DNA of 63,199 bases, counting the filler, from Choristocarpus tenellus KU-1152 (lineage: Eukaryota; Protista; Phaeophyceae), in NCBI GenBank assembly GCA_964200185.2. It is 14 parts of 14 records of this genome, joined end to end, with 100 filler letters (N's around TTAATTAATTAA, not from the genome) between each part and the next. Parts side by side here need not be neighbours in the genome. Positions count along the whole stretch, not along the records: positions 50,608 to 53,626 come from CAXNAD020022894.1; positions 53,727 to 60,484 come from CAXNAD020007415.1; positions 60,585 to 63,199 come from CAXNAD020026249.1; 11 more parts are not named here. The stretch is one strand, 5' to 3'. Below the pieces are notes generated by a model that worked only from the letters and a program-made list of their open reading frames with translations, was not told the DNA's origin and did not search any database. How positions within the stretch are numbered: position 1 is the first letter of the stretch; each line of letters starts with the position of its first letter. The position numbers and the translations under genes are program-made. Positions 50,978 to 62,709 of the stretch are shown piece by piece.

Positions 50978-51477
50978 CATGTGTTTCTATACGCACGTGC
51001 TGTGTGGTGGTGTGTTGCGGCGTGGAGAGGAAAGTACGGAATGTTGCCCAAAAAAGAATAATATTTTTTGTAGAGAGGGGTTGGGTGCCGCCAGGTGGAG
51101 ACGATCTTCTTTTCTAGGAATCGATAGATTGATTTATTTATTTTTGAAAATAATGTGGGGAGGAATAGAATGCAATCTTTTTTGTTTTTTTTTGTAAAAA
51201 AAATTTCTGTGTAATTTTTTGTTTTCTGTATCCATCCGCATCAAACGCTATCGAGCGAGAGAGGATTGAGTAATTGATTAATTCATTGTTATGTATTCCT
51301 TTTTTTCTTAATGTTCAAATATATATATATATATATATATATTTTACCCTCTACAGTTTTGATGAATTGTGTCCGTTGGGAGTGTACCTTTTTTTGCCCT
51401 GCAGTCTCGTATTTTTGTTTTTTTTACATTAATACATACCCCCCTTATGTGAGTACATGCTGGTGCAACTGTATGTA

Positions 51478-51524
<47 letters not shown>

Positions 51525-51535
51525 ATTTCTTTCAG

Positions 51536-51766
51536 GAGAAGGAAGATCCGTTTTCAAAGTTCATGCGGCAGCGGCATAATCAGGGTGATAACCAGGCTGC
51601 TCCGACCAAAGCTACCTCATCTGAGGAGGAGAGTAAGGACTCAACAAAAGAGGATGGTGATGGAGATGGAGATGGAGATATTGACAAGGCAGTGTCGGGT
51701 GATGGAGGGGATGAGAGGAACAACATTGGGTCCTCTTTGGTGGGGAAAGAGGGAGATGACGATCAG
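51536..51766 (+). CDS. Isolated exon of an unknown acidic protein
   Basis: TTTCTTTCAG|EKEDPFSKFMRQRHNQ...GKEGDDDQ|GTATGT; 231 bp, phase 0/0; preceded by a (GT)n tract of about 40 bp. Confidence 0.72.
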
Positions 51767-52007
51767 GTATGTCTTAAGTGGGGTCTTATGTAGTGTATTA
51801 TTGATTGTGTGTCTGGCTGGCTGGCTGGCTGGCTGGCTGACTAGAGAGAGGGATTTACGGAAAGAAAGGAATTTTTTTTGCTATAAAAAAAATGAACAAA
51901 TTTGAGAACGAAAGGGATGTGAACGGACTGATGCAGTTGAGGTTGCAGTTTGAATAGAAGCTGTGTCTGTACACAAAGAAGATACTGAGGTCGATAATTA
52001 TGTAGGC

Positions 52008-52196
52008 GGTAGGTATGATAGGTGACTGATACGTGACTGATAGGTATGATAGGCGACTGATAGGTGACTGATAGGTGACTGATAGGTATGATAGGCGACT
52101 GATAGGTGACTGATAGGTGACTGGTAGGTATGATAGGTGACTGATAGGCGACTGATAGGTGACTGATAGGTGACTGATAGGTGACTAGCGAGTGAC
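52008..52196. repeat. Minisatellite of TGATAGGYGAC (11 bp) and TGATAGGTA (9 bp) units
   Basis: Units read directly; partial 42-bp higher-order period (9+11+11+11). Confidence 0.95.
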
Positions 52197-52947
52197 CAAT
52201 TCTCTTCGACTCTCGATTTGGAAACTCCCCCATTCTTCCTCTCCCCCCTCCCCCCTCCCCCCTCTCCTACTTGACAAAATAGCATGACATGTTTTCTTTG
52301 TGTTGTGCGGGTGCTTTGTGTAGTCCTAGGGTGGTCAGTTGGATTTTTTTTATATTTGCGAGTGGAAAAAGAAAGAAAAAAAAGAAAAGAAGTGTCTTGA
52401 TGGTGTTGATGTTGATGTTGATGTTAATGTCGATGATGTTGGTTGGTTGAAGTGAAGAAAAGGAATTGTTTTGGTGTTACGATCTTTTGTGGATCTACCA
52501 AGTATGATAAAATTACTATTATTGTTATTATTATTATTATTATTATTTGTAGTAGTAGTAGTAGTAGTAGTGATGCTATTTTCATTTTAAAACGACAACA
52601 CATTGTACAAAAACAAGCAGATGCTTCCATGAGTAGTTGTGTGTTGTAACTCAACCAACAGATGTATTTTTTTTGTGAGTTGTGTGTCCCAATGTGGGTG
52701 AGGACCCTCGTCAATTGTATTGTTATTGTTAGCATTATTTGAGAAAGGGCATGTAGTACTTGACTGCATATGTGGCAAAACTGCAAGGTCTCTATAAACC
52801 CTCAACACCTCAAGAGGGATGTGGGCTGTAGAGAAGACCACATCAGAGTCAGCATCAAGGAATCAAAGAGTGAATGGAGGGATAACTGTCAGGGAAAGGA
52901 ATAAAGCGCAGTACTGCATGTCTGTTCATTCAAGAAACCGCTGATAG

Positions 52948-53103
52948 TGTCATTTATGATAAACAACATACTATATTCAAGGTATACCTTCCACTGTCAA
53001 TGATAAACATCATACTATTATATTCAAGGTATACCTTCCACTGTCAATGATAAACATCATACTACTATATTCGAGGTACACCTTACAATGTCAATGATAA
53101 ACA
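52948..53103. repeat. 47-bp tandem repeat, about 3.3 copies
   Basis: TGTCAATGATAAACATCATACTATTATATTCAAGGTATACCTTCCAC. Confidence 0.95.
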
Positions 53104-53726
53104 GCTTACTGCTGTCCGCTGATCATTGAAAATTTTCTAATTTTCTAGAGTTTGTCGTCAGTTGTAGACCTGAGAAGCGGTTTCTATCTTGTAGTGTCTA
53201 TGATGAAAGTCCTCATTTTGGATTTGGATGCTCTTGCCTCTTACAAGGACTGTACACCGGTGTTGATTCTTGTGGGCAGAAGCAACTATCATGTTAATAG
53301 AACAGTAATCGGAAAAGGACTTATTGGTTACATGCTGGTACAAGGCCCTACCCTCTTTGTTGTGTTGTGGGTTTTGTAACAGTGCAGGCGGTATGTAATC
53401 TGGCCCGGTGGTGCAATAACTTATTTGGAGTTGATCTACTGAAATCTATTATTTTTTATGTTACTATTATTATTTATTATTACTGTCTCTGTCCTGTTAC
53501 CCCTCCGCTGTTGTTCTTCTGACTTTGTTGCTTGTGTCATCTTCTGAATACTGCCGGGGGGTGGGGTGGGGCGGCGGGGGGGGGGGGGGGGGGGGTGGGG
53601 GAAAAAAGGTTGGAAAGGGATGGGAANNNNNNNNNNNNNNNNNNNNNNNNNNNNNNNNNNNNNNNNNNNNTTAATTAATTAANNNNNNNNNNNNNNNNNN
53701 NNNNNNNNNNNNNNNNNNNNNNNNNN

Positions 53727-53785
53727 TTTGGCCGAAACGGACGCCCCCTCACAAACCACACCCCCCCCCCAAGATACTTTGACCC
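53727..53785. mobile_element. Terminus of a family B-related MITE at contig start
   Basis: Near-identical to 25017-25074. Confidence 0.75.
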
Positions 53786-55678
53786 CAGAGGGAATCTGAA
53801 ATGCCTGATATTCTGGCAATGCGCAGGGTAGAAGGATATGAATACCAGTTTTTGGGGAATTGGTTGGGGTTAAGTGAGGACGAGAGGACATGGGAGTCAC
53901 TCTCTTCCATTTTAGAGGACGCCCCTGTCTTTCTATGAAAAGCGGTTGAAGAAACTGAAGTTGCATGCTCAAGTGCGCAATTCGATTAGGCAGCAGTACA
54001 AGATTGACATTTGAGTTGGATATTGTATGCTGTTCTTTGTCGAGCTGGCAGTTTTGCTACTATTGGTAGCATACTTGGCTCTGGGGGTGTTGTAGACACA
54101 GCATGGTTTTTTTTCCTAAGATAGCTGCGGCGTTTTCATTATTTTATGTTTGGAGCATATGTGATCCTTGACTGGATCTATGCTCACTCCCTTGACAAAT
54201 ATAACAGAGCTGTAAGCCCCAACGTGGGGTGGAGTCCTTACAAGCTATCATAGACCAGTTCCTGTGGTTGAACTGCCTGTAGACCCCAGCACTGTACCTC
54301 AATCAATCTGCTCCGATGGCTAGTTCCAGATTGGAATAACACCTCACCTTCTTCAAGGCTTTGTTCGTCGGACGTCCTAGAATCCGTGCACAGATTGGTA
54401 GAAACTTACAACTCCGATAAAAACATGGTACAAACCTGTATCCTCCAGCAGGTTCTACATTACCTTTTCTTTACAACTGTGCAGACTAGAAAATCTGTAA
54501 AGCACATCGATCTGGAAAAACTGCTACGTGCACGAAGACATTTTGCAAGAGTTCTGTGATGACGGAGGAAAAGTCAGGAAGACGTTGTGTCTGGAGCGTA
54601 TCAACAACCTAGTTGCAAAGAAGGCTATGCTCTTGGGTTCAGTGGAGGTCGAGATGTGGAGTGATAAGTACTCCTCGGCCCATAAATCTGTGGGATGCAT
54701 TGACCGACGTTTGTCCAAAGTTTATCGGTCGGTGGAAAAAAGAGAAGCGGTGTGATTTCAAATATGTCGAGGACATGAGGTATGGGTAGTTTCTTCTGGT
54801 TCAATGAATTGGTTCTGAGTTGATATATGACTTTTGGCTTTAGACATAGCCTGTGATAAACAAGTTTGATAAAATTTGTTATGAGGAGGGCTTAGAATGT
54901 TGATACCTATTTTCAGGCGTGTATAGACCCTAAAGAAATTACCCAATACATATCACCAGCTGTGTTGGGGACTGGGACTACTTGTTTCGAAAAAGTTAAT
55001 TCTATTTCTGTATATAAATGTTCAGTCATTTTAATCTTGAGACGATGTGTGCTTCTGAGTTTGGTTACCGTCATGCACTGATAAAATGTCTTTTGCCTCC
55101 ACGATGTCAACTTACGAATACCTTTCGTGGACTCTTTTTTCATACATCTGTCAGTCGACTCAGAACCGACAAATTTGTCTTTCTGGTGTGAACAACCGCC
55201 CTAATCTATTCGTCAATACTTGGGAGAAATACATGCTTTTGGTTCAAGCCAGGGACGTTTGTAATTAGGCATGTATAGAGCGCAATAGATGCATGGAGGT
55301 ACACGCAAAGACGAACATAATATAATATACAAGGAAAAAACTTTGTCAATCTCAACAAAAAAAATTCCCCTGCCACAAAAGGACCTCAATCATTCATTAC
55401 ATTTTGCAATGCCTCCTCAATAATCATTCTCAAAGGTGAAATATGTAGTAGCATATCAAACATTTGGAATGACTTGTTCCGATTCCATTTTGTCCCATGG
55501 CAGTTTTGCCCACATTTCTTTGAATAATGGACTAATTTTGACCTGAGGGGGTTGTTTAAACTTTTGGATACCATTCGGTAAATATCCTGTAGATGTTTCT
55601 AAAAATCGCCAATTTTTGTACATACATACTGGCAACATTTTGTAGCTCTGGGTATCTCTCGTTTACTTTGACTCCTTT

Positions 55679-56140
55679 GAGTAAAATTATCTTAGAGGGT
55701 ACGAGTTTTTTTATTGTTTGTCCATTTAACAGTGGATTTGATAAATTGAGGATGGAGCGGGGCATCTCTCATCATACATTTCCAAAAAAAGGACATATCC
55801 CGGGCCCTTCCAAGTGCAAAAACAGTTGCAAAAAAAACCTTTCGGTACTTTTTCAAGACCGTTTTCGCAGAACAGCCATCCTCATAGCCCCACTCCATCC
55901 TCAATTTTTTTAATCCACTGTTATTTGGGGATTGGCTTCTGACGGGTTTTTAATGACATTTTTACCTACTCCAAAATGTTTGGAGTAGCTACAATTTATA
56001 CGTTATGAAAAGGAGTGTCTGGAACAAGGATATTATTGACATCTCGTAACAAATATGATCGTCAAAATTACATCAAAATTACATCATTGGATTTTCGACC
56101 CCAAATAGATGCGGCTCTACCCTCTAAAATACTTTGACTC
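55679..56140 (-). mobile_element. MITE family A copy split by a nested insertion
   Basis: GAGTAAAATTATCTTAGAGGGTAC...TACCCTCTAAAATACTTTGACTC; flanks TTT/TTA; the family A sequence GTCCATTTGGGG is interrupted at ATTT. Confidence 0.9.
55728..55922. mobile_element. MITE family C (195 bp, 36-bp TIRs) nested in family A
   Basis: AACAGTGGATTTGATAAATTGAGGATGGAGCGGGGC ... GCCCCACTCCATCCTCAATTTTTTTAATCCACTGTT, flanked by ATTT/ATTT. Confidence 0.9.
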
Positions 56141-56662
56141 TTAACACAATGCTCCCTACTATATATCGAAAATCAGCATAGGTCTATCAAGCAGTCAATT
56201 CAGTGCTATGTTTTTCCATAATTGAAGACAATACTGTGTAATATAGGCTAGGTAATCTATAGGATGTTATATCCTTAGTCACCATTACTAAACAACAGAA
56301 GTATTGGCTGAGAGAAGTAAGTGTCAATGACTTGTGTCCGTGTGCTTAGAATAAAAGGTCTGAGTCTCAATGGATTGAATTTTTATTTCTATTTAGTATG
56401 AGTGGCTGACGTAGTGTAACTGTCACAAACATATTTCTGACGTGTTTAATGACGTATGCATTAGATAACAAGGGAGAGCACCCACCTCGAGGGTAGTGCT
56501 CACTCCGCTAATAAGTACATCCATACAACATAATGAAAAGACTCTATTGGAATAGCTCTCTTTTGCATAAATACAATCGACAATTCACTGGATAAAATAC
56601 CACAAACACAGAGCGACTTTTAATGCAAATTGAACACTAGGATAAGAGGATAGATACGCTCG

Positions 56663-56778
56663 GAGTCAAAATATATTTCTCGGCATCCGATGCGTGAACC
56701 AAAATCGCCCAAGAATCACAATATGGAAAATTGGGACCCGAATGGACAGCTGCCACCCCCTGCAAGATACTTTGACGA
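56663..56778 (+). mobile_element. Internally deleted family B-related MITE
   Basis: GAGTCAAAATAT start; right arm ATGGAAAATTGGGACCCGAATGGACAGCTGCCACCCCC...AGATACTTTGAC resembles 62655-62709. Confidence 0.65.
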
Positions 56779-59700
56779 GTCTCCCATGGACCCCCTCTCC
56801 CTAGGCCACTACATAATCTCGACTAGGGCAGCGTTGAATACAGATAAGGGATCAGAAAAAAAGTCCCCAACCACTGCATGCAATGAAACCAGGTTTGCTT
56901 TTTGGTAGTCGTTCGTGTGTCACACTAAGCTTTCTAGATATGTATAGATGCCTGTTGTAGACTTGAGATTTTGTAAGCAAAATATTCGAAATTGGCATTA
57001 GACTATGCAACGATCCAAGCAAGGGTCTTGCTTTGTTAAATCCTACTAATATATACTGAAGTAGTAACGATTGCCCTGCCTCCGATTGTCCCCTTTTCTA
57101 TATGCTAGGTTGACTCAGCTCATGTCCCTCCTCATGCCAACGCCAACCCCTGTTTGGTCACCATCATGTGTGTGATGTATGAGTCATTGTCACAGTAGCA
57201 CGAGGCTTGAATTATACGGTACTGCCTTGTTAAAAAAAATGTAAGGCAGTATTCCCACATTGCCGGTTTTGGACTTTATTACTTCCTCCTTCTTATTTCC
57301 TTCCACTTCCCTGAGTATAACTACATCGTCCCTCAGTCCATTTCCAGATCGCTACGTATTCTTGCTTGAGAATCCAAGGGCAATGGGGACGACAGCCGCC
57401 TACCCCTCCTCCTGAAGCCCCCTGCCACCTTTTGTACTCATCATGCCCAACAGGTATGAAATTCTTGTTAGAAGGAGTACATCGCATGCATTACATGGAG
57501 TAGTATAACTTACCTTGACCTCGACCGAAAGAGATTCTGAAAGTCAAACTGTTCCCTCTTGCCAAGGTCCTACCAAGAAAAAGTCAGGGTCAACGCCACA
57601 ACACCAAGTATGGTACAATTTTTTAAATTCCAACTATGATGGGAACACACCGCAGACTCCAGAATATACTTGAGTACAAAATACACGCAATTTATATTTT
57701 GAATTTCACGTTGGACAAGCAAAGCCTCCGGCTAATTATGCGACGTGGACAATTGCTCTCTCTACAGCAAGACTTGGGGTCCCGGCTTTGGCGTTTGTTG
57801 TACACTCAGTGCAACAACAAGCAATATCCTCAAGTGGAAGGAACGGTCTACATTGCTTCCCTCGAAAGAAAGGAAATAAACTTCACCTCGAAGCACTAGA
57901 GCTAACTATTTACATTCCTAGTATGTTTTTATTGCACTTACGGACTCTGGTGCCCCCAGAGCACCAACAATAGCACCTCACAACAAAAAAAAACATCATC
58001 CATGTGTTGACTCCACCACCAGGGGGTTTTCAACCTAAATTATAGTGAAACTCAACAATTTTGAGCTTGAAATATAGAAAGTGGGTTAGGGTTAGGGTTT
58101 GAGCGGTGCGATACTGGAATACCACATCCCCTGCTGAAACTTTGATCAAATGCATTTTGGCATGACCAACACCTCCTCGAAATCGAGCTACATTATGGTA
58201 GGCAAAGAAACGAAAGTGGGTGTCACCACCGGTCTGTGGAAGAATACAAAATGGAATTGTGAAAGACTCTGCTCATCAACGATTATACCAGTTTCTCTCC
58301 CAATTTTTCCTGTTACCTATCTTTGACAATGGCCAATCATTCCACAGGAGTAGATGATCTGCTCTCAGTATCTTCTTCCTTGAGTGTGTTGGATTTTCGT
58401 TGTTATTGAAGATAGGGTCCGTCAACAATCTGTTGATGATCACCCTTATCTCTGTGCTCCTCCAGAGGTTGCAATTCTCTTCTAGGTCTTGCACCAACAG
58501 CAAAGTAGTAGGTACGGAGCCAGTGTGCCCCGCAGCCTGACTTTGCTCGCTGGATTCCCTGCTACATGTACCATTCCGGTAGCTCATAGGAAAACAAAGA
58601 AAAAATTGACATGTTGTATCACTTGAAAGTACCATCAAGATATAAACTTACTACTGCTCTCCCTTCCAACCCTCCGACAAGAACATTTTGGGATGTCCTG
58701 CTTCAGTCCTTTATTTCCATATGATCTGTCTTGTACCATGCCTCTTTTCCGAGTAGACATGAACTCCTAAAACAGAAACCCTGCCTGTTACCTTCCTGCT
58801 GAGAAGATGAAGAACGACAAAAATAGAACTGAAAACAACCTATTTACAAAGTTACAAGACAAAAATGCAAAGGGTCAAGAGCAATGGTAGACGAAAGAGC
58901 AACAAAAACCACCACAGACCTAAAATCAAAGGATCAGTGAAAAAATATCCCAAATTTCAAAGTGGGGGACTACTCTCAGTACCTCAAATGACATAAAGGT
59001 TAGAACTTTGTATGGTGGCAATGCGTCCAAATCTCGCTACAGTATATACCATGAACTTATAATATACACCACCAAGTCACTTTCCTCTTCCCCAGGTGGG
59101 ATTGATATAGACCCTGAACTCGATAGATCCAAGTACAAGTACTAGCGCCTCAGAATGGAGCTAATGTGACAGAGTATGCATGGAACACTAGCCCGTGTGG
59201 TCGATCACAGAAGGAGAGAAAGTCTGAGGAACACATAATTTGTCGCAGAAAATGTCCCTCGTGTCTAATTTAGCGGTTTTGATTAATCAAGCCCTTTACC
59301 TTATAAGGCACAGGATACACTCACTAGAAAGCAATGCACAGCAAGAAACGCGCATTTTCATTGGAGTGGGCAATAGGGGAGCAATACAACACCAACAGTC
59401 TTGAATACTCGAGTATGACATTTCTGGCACAGAGTATTGACAGTAGTGTTGAGGCTGCTTGCCTGCATCCCTATTTACATTAATCATTTCCGAAGTGGAG
59501 TCATCTCGCTCTCTGGAAGATGCAACATTCTACTGATGTTGTCTGAGCTCAGAGGTCGTGGTTGAAGTATGCTCTGGTGTGAGGTATCCCCCTGAGGAGG
59601 ATGCGGAAGTTTAGTCTTAGCAGAGGGCACAGTTGCATAGATGAGATTGAAATTAGCCAGTCATATTTTGAAACCCATGTAGTACTGGAAAGTCCGACTC

Positions 59701-59800
59701 TGTGATGAGGAACAAATCCAGGCTTCACAATGACAACTGAGACCAGCAACATTCCTTGATGCCTTACAGCGTAACGAAACAGCATTTTTCACCTCTAAGT

Positions 59801-60067
59801 TACCCAAAACGTCTAAGAGGTTAGGGCCACGTCTGTCAAGAGTAATAAATTCAATGTTGCAATTTTGATTGATTTTGGCTATCATATTTGTTAGCAAGTG
59901 TCAAGATCCTTGCTTTGGACACACCTTTCATAGTCATAGGCATTTCTTGTACTCCAAAATCCAAAATGTTCACACAAAAAAACGAAAAGGGCATAAAAAA
60001 CCGTGGGAAACCAAGCCCCGAACGGATAAAGAGGGAAAACCTCCTACCCTCATAAATGCTTTGAATC
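59801..60067 (+). mobile_element. Old diverged MITE family A copy
   Basis: Colinear interior (CAATGTTGCAATTTTGA, GGACACACCTTTCATA, GGGAAACCAAGCCCC) with decayed TIRs. Confidence 0.8.
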
Positions 60068-60397
60068 AGAGCATAAATATATATACTTTGGAGTAAGAGG
60101 TTTTCACATTGCCAAATTATACCAAGAATATGAACTATACTGAATTGAAACAGAGCAGCAAAGATCACTACACCATGGTGATAGCTACAGAAGACAAGAT
60201 AAGTGTAGAATTGACTTGGGCATATATGGTTGAGTGGGCAACATGGCGAAGAACGTTTGCTAGAGGTGTGGCATACATTTTTGCTCTCAATAGACTTGCT
60301 TCAATGTAGATCCAGGTGTACCCCGTAGGTCAAATCAATGCCAAGACTGTTAGGATGGTAAGAGTGCATTTAGTGAAGTATGACATCTATTTGTGTG

Positions 60398-60484
60398 ATC
60401 TGGTGGGGGGGGGGGGTCTACACCAGGGTGTCCATTTGGTCCAAAATCAGGAAAAGTGCATTTACATTATCCATCAGACCTATG
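60398..60484 (+). mobile_element. MITE family B fragment at contig end
   Basis: Gn-TCTACACCAGGGTGTCCATTTGG...AAGTGCATTTACATTATCCATC matches 62541-62620. Confidence 0.8.
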
Positions 60485-60699
60485 NNNNNNNNNNNNNNNN
60501 NNNNNNNNNNNNNNNNNNNNNNNNNNNNTTAATTAATTAANNNNNNNNNNNNNNNNNNNNNNNNNNNNNNNNNNNNNNNNNNNNATGATCCCAGGACTTT
60601 TGTCTTACTGTGTTTTCTGTTCTCCTGAAGATGTTCATGATTGCGATAAGTGGTAGAAGTAAAAGACACAATATTCTATTTTTGCTGTTTGTTGCAAAT

Positions 60700-62000
60700 A
60701 TGGCTTTGTATGGAAATACTCAGTACTGCTCATCCATTGTTTAGCATTGATGAACACTCTTTATTAAAAGTCAGGAGCATAGTTCACACATCTTCTGTCT
60801 CTCCCCCTGCCCCTCACCCTACCACATTAGCTTGTTCCATTTTCAGTATAATAATTGATGCGTCCTATGCTATGTATGTCAGGGTTTTCTCTATGCCGTC
60901 ACTTCTAAATTCTCTACTTCAAAACACAAGTATGGAGGTGTCGCCCATAGGCAGTCCTCATTCTAGATCCAGTCACAAACCTTGACCGTGAGAGGAAACA
61001 AACAAAGCGCCGTTTACTAGGCCTCCATGTGTCTTGATAAAAACCTCTCAGTGCACTATGGATGGATATACATAAAAGGTTACGATATACAAAATAGTAA
61101 ATTATCCCCTCCCATATGTAATCCTCGCTGGCATCGTTGACAAGAAAAGCATCTGACCCAAGAGAAGTAGTACCATCAATAATTTGAAGGGTATCCAACT
61201 CGAACGTTAGATTCCATAGTACAGGGTAGAAAGCAGTAGTGACCTCTATCGATATACATAAATATATTGTGCTGAATGCTAGGACTTTCAGATATTTGTT
61301 AATAGCAGCGCTTGATGGCTGTGATGGTGTACTTGCCTTAGGTTATGACTACCTTCAACTAAGAGTCTGATTTCTACAGGTTGGGCTCACCATCCAGATA
61401 CGCCTGCCCGCTCTTTGGAAATTATGAAATTGGATGGGTGGTGAGTGACTCTGCACAAATTATGAAAAACTTCACTTGCAGAAAGCATGTGTTAGTGAGT
61501 GGCACTACTGGGTCAGTGGCGGGGGATATGGGTGAGGAGATGTTCCACGTGGAACTATCCTTTGTTGTACCTTACAATCTTGAGTAAGGACATGTTCGAG
61601 GGAGCCCAGCATTCACTAGTGCTAAGTTCAGCAATTCTTCTACTCTGAAGCATCTACCTCTGATCAGATAGTGGAGCTGAGATGCAATAGAAATAATCAC
61701 TAGGTTTACTCAGTCTGATATCATGTTCTTGCAGCCCAAGACAAAATAAATAGCATCTATCTAATTTGTGAAATGATAAATGTCTTTTCAAGAACACACA
61801 TTAGGATTCGCTATTTCCATCTCCATCATGCCAATGACAGAGTTTCAACTTCTTACCGCACCACCTCGTTCCATACCCATAAATATATTGATTACACATA
61901 TTTATTGCTTCCTTGACAAAAGGGGCATGGATAAGTCACCTACCTCGAACTATTTGATATTATGAGTCTGCTCTCGGGTGTATACTACGTGAGGGCAGAA
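60700..62000 (-). mobile_element. Very degenerate Ty3/Gypsy pol relic (RT, RNase H, integrase order)
   Basis: Minus-strand scraps FEV..SMP (~61930), LALVNA (~61620), HSHQAL (~61315), DYIWEGI (~61110), GLPMGDTSILV (~60945). Confidence 0.35.
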
Positions 62001-62530
62001 GAAAAATAATAATGTGGTTGAAGTAGATGATAATAGTACCAAGTATTCTTTCATTCGTCAATAAAATTATAATTGTTGACTTGCTATTGTGGTCCTATTA
62101 AAATGCAAAGGATGTGACTTTTAGTGGGCTACCCTATATTCCATCATCTTCTGCTCTGTGCTCCAGACAAATAGAGTAAAATATACATGAAGTTTCACCG
62201 AGTCTGGCAGTTAGTACGTCCACTGTCAGCCACATGGCCGTGGCCCAGCCCACGTTCCAGCAATAATGTTGAAACGTTTCATAACCATGCACTCAGTCAT
62301 TATTTAACTAGGCTGGACAGGGCTGGCTAGCAGCCCTGATCACGTTGAATGGTGACGCCAATGGACTCGACCGTGTTCATGTGCCCAGACGACCAGCAAC
62401 CCCGGTCAAATGGAGGTAGCAGCACCGATGGACTTGATCATGTTAGAACATTTTATCTACAGCCTGCCAGATAATATATTTTTTTACACTCAGGGCAGCC
62501 ACATGGTCATTCCTCCGCGTTTACCATTCA

Positions 62531-62709
62531 GGCTCAAAGTATCTGGGGGGGGTGGGGGGTCTACACCAGGGTGTCCATTTGGGACCTGACCTGGAGAAGT
62601 GCACTTACTTCATCCATCTGATGCATGCAACCAAATCACCTAAAAATCGCGACATGGAAAAATGGGCCCTGAATGGACAGCCACCACCCCACCCCAAGTA
62701 CTTTGAGCA
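62531..62709 (+). mobile_element. MITE family B, full copy (179 bp)
   Basis: GGCTCAAAGTATCTGGGGGGGGTGG ... CCACCCCAAGTACTTTGAGCA, flanked by TTCA/TTCA. Confidence 0.88.

Larger units (their letters stand above)
54540..56520 (-). pseudogene. Decayed hAT-superfamily transposase interrupted by nested MITEs
   Basis: In hAT order on the minus strand: VSTTL (~56490, cf. SLTxDxW), SKHT (~56345), QNCHGTKWN...FQMFDMLL (~55450-55510, cf. TRWNSTxxMLxRLL), PINF..KRRSMHPT.LWAEEYLSL...ATRLLIRSRHN (~54580-54730, cf. dimerisation domain). Confidence 0.55.

Noticed and set aside
51841-52285. ORFs with SHLSVTYQSPI repeats
   Set aside because: Translations of the minisatellite, not evidence of a protein.
57290-58640. 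Short ORFs possibly from a retroelement
   Set aside because: No recognisable motif on either strand.
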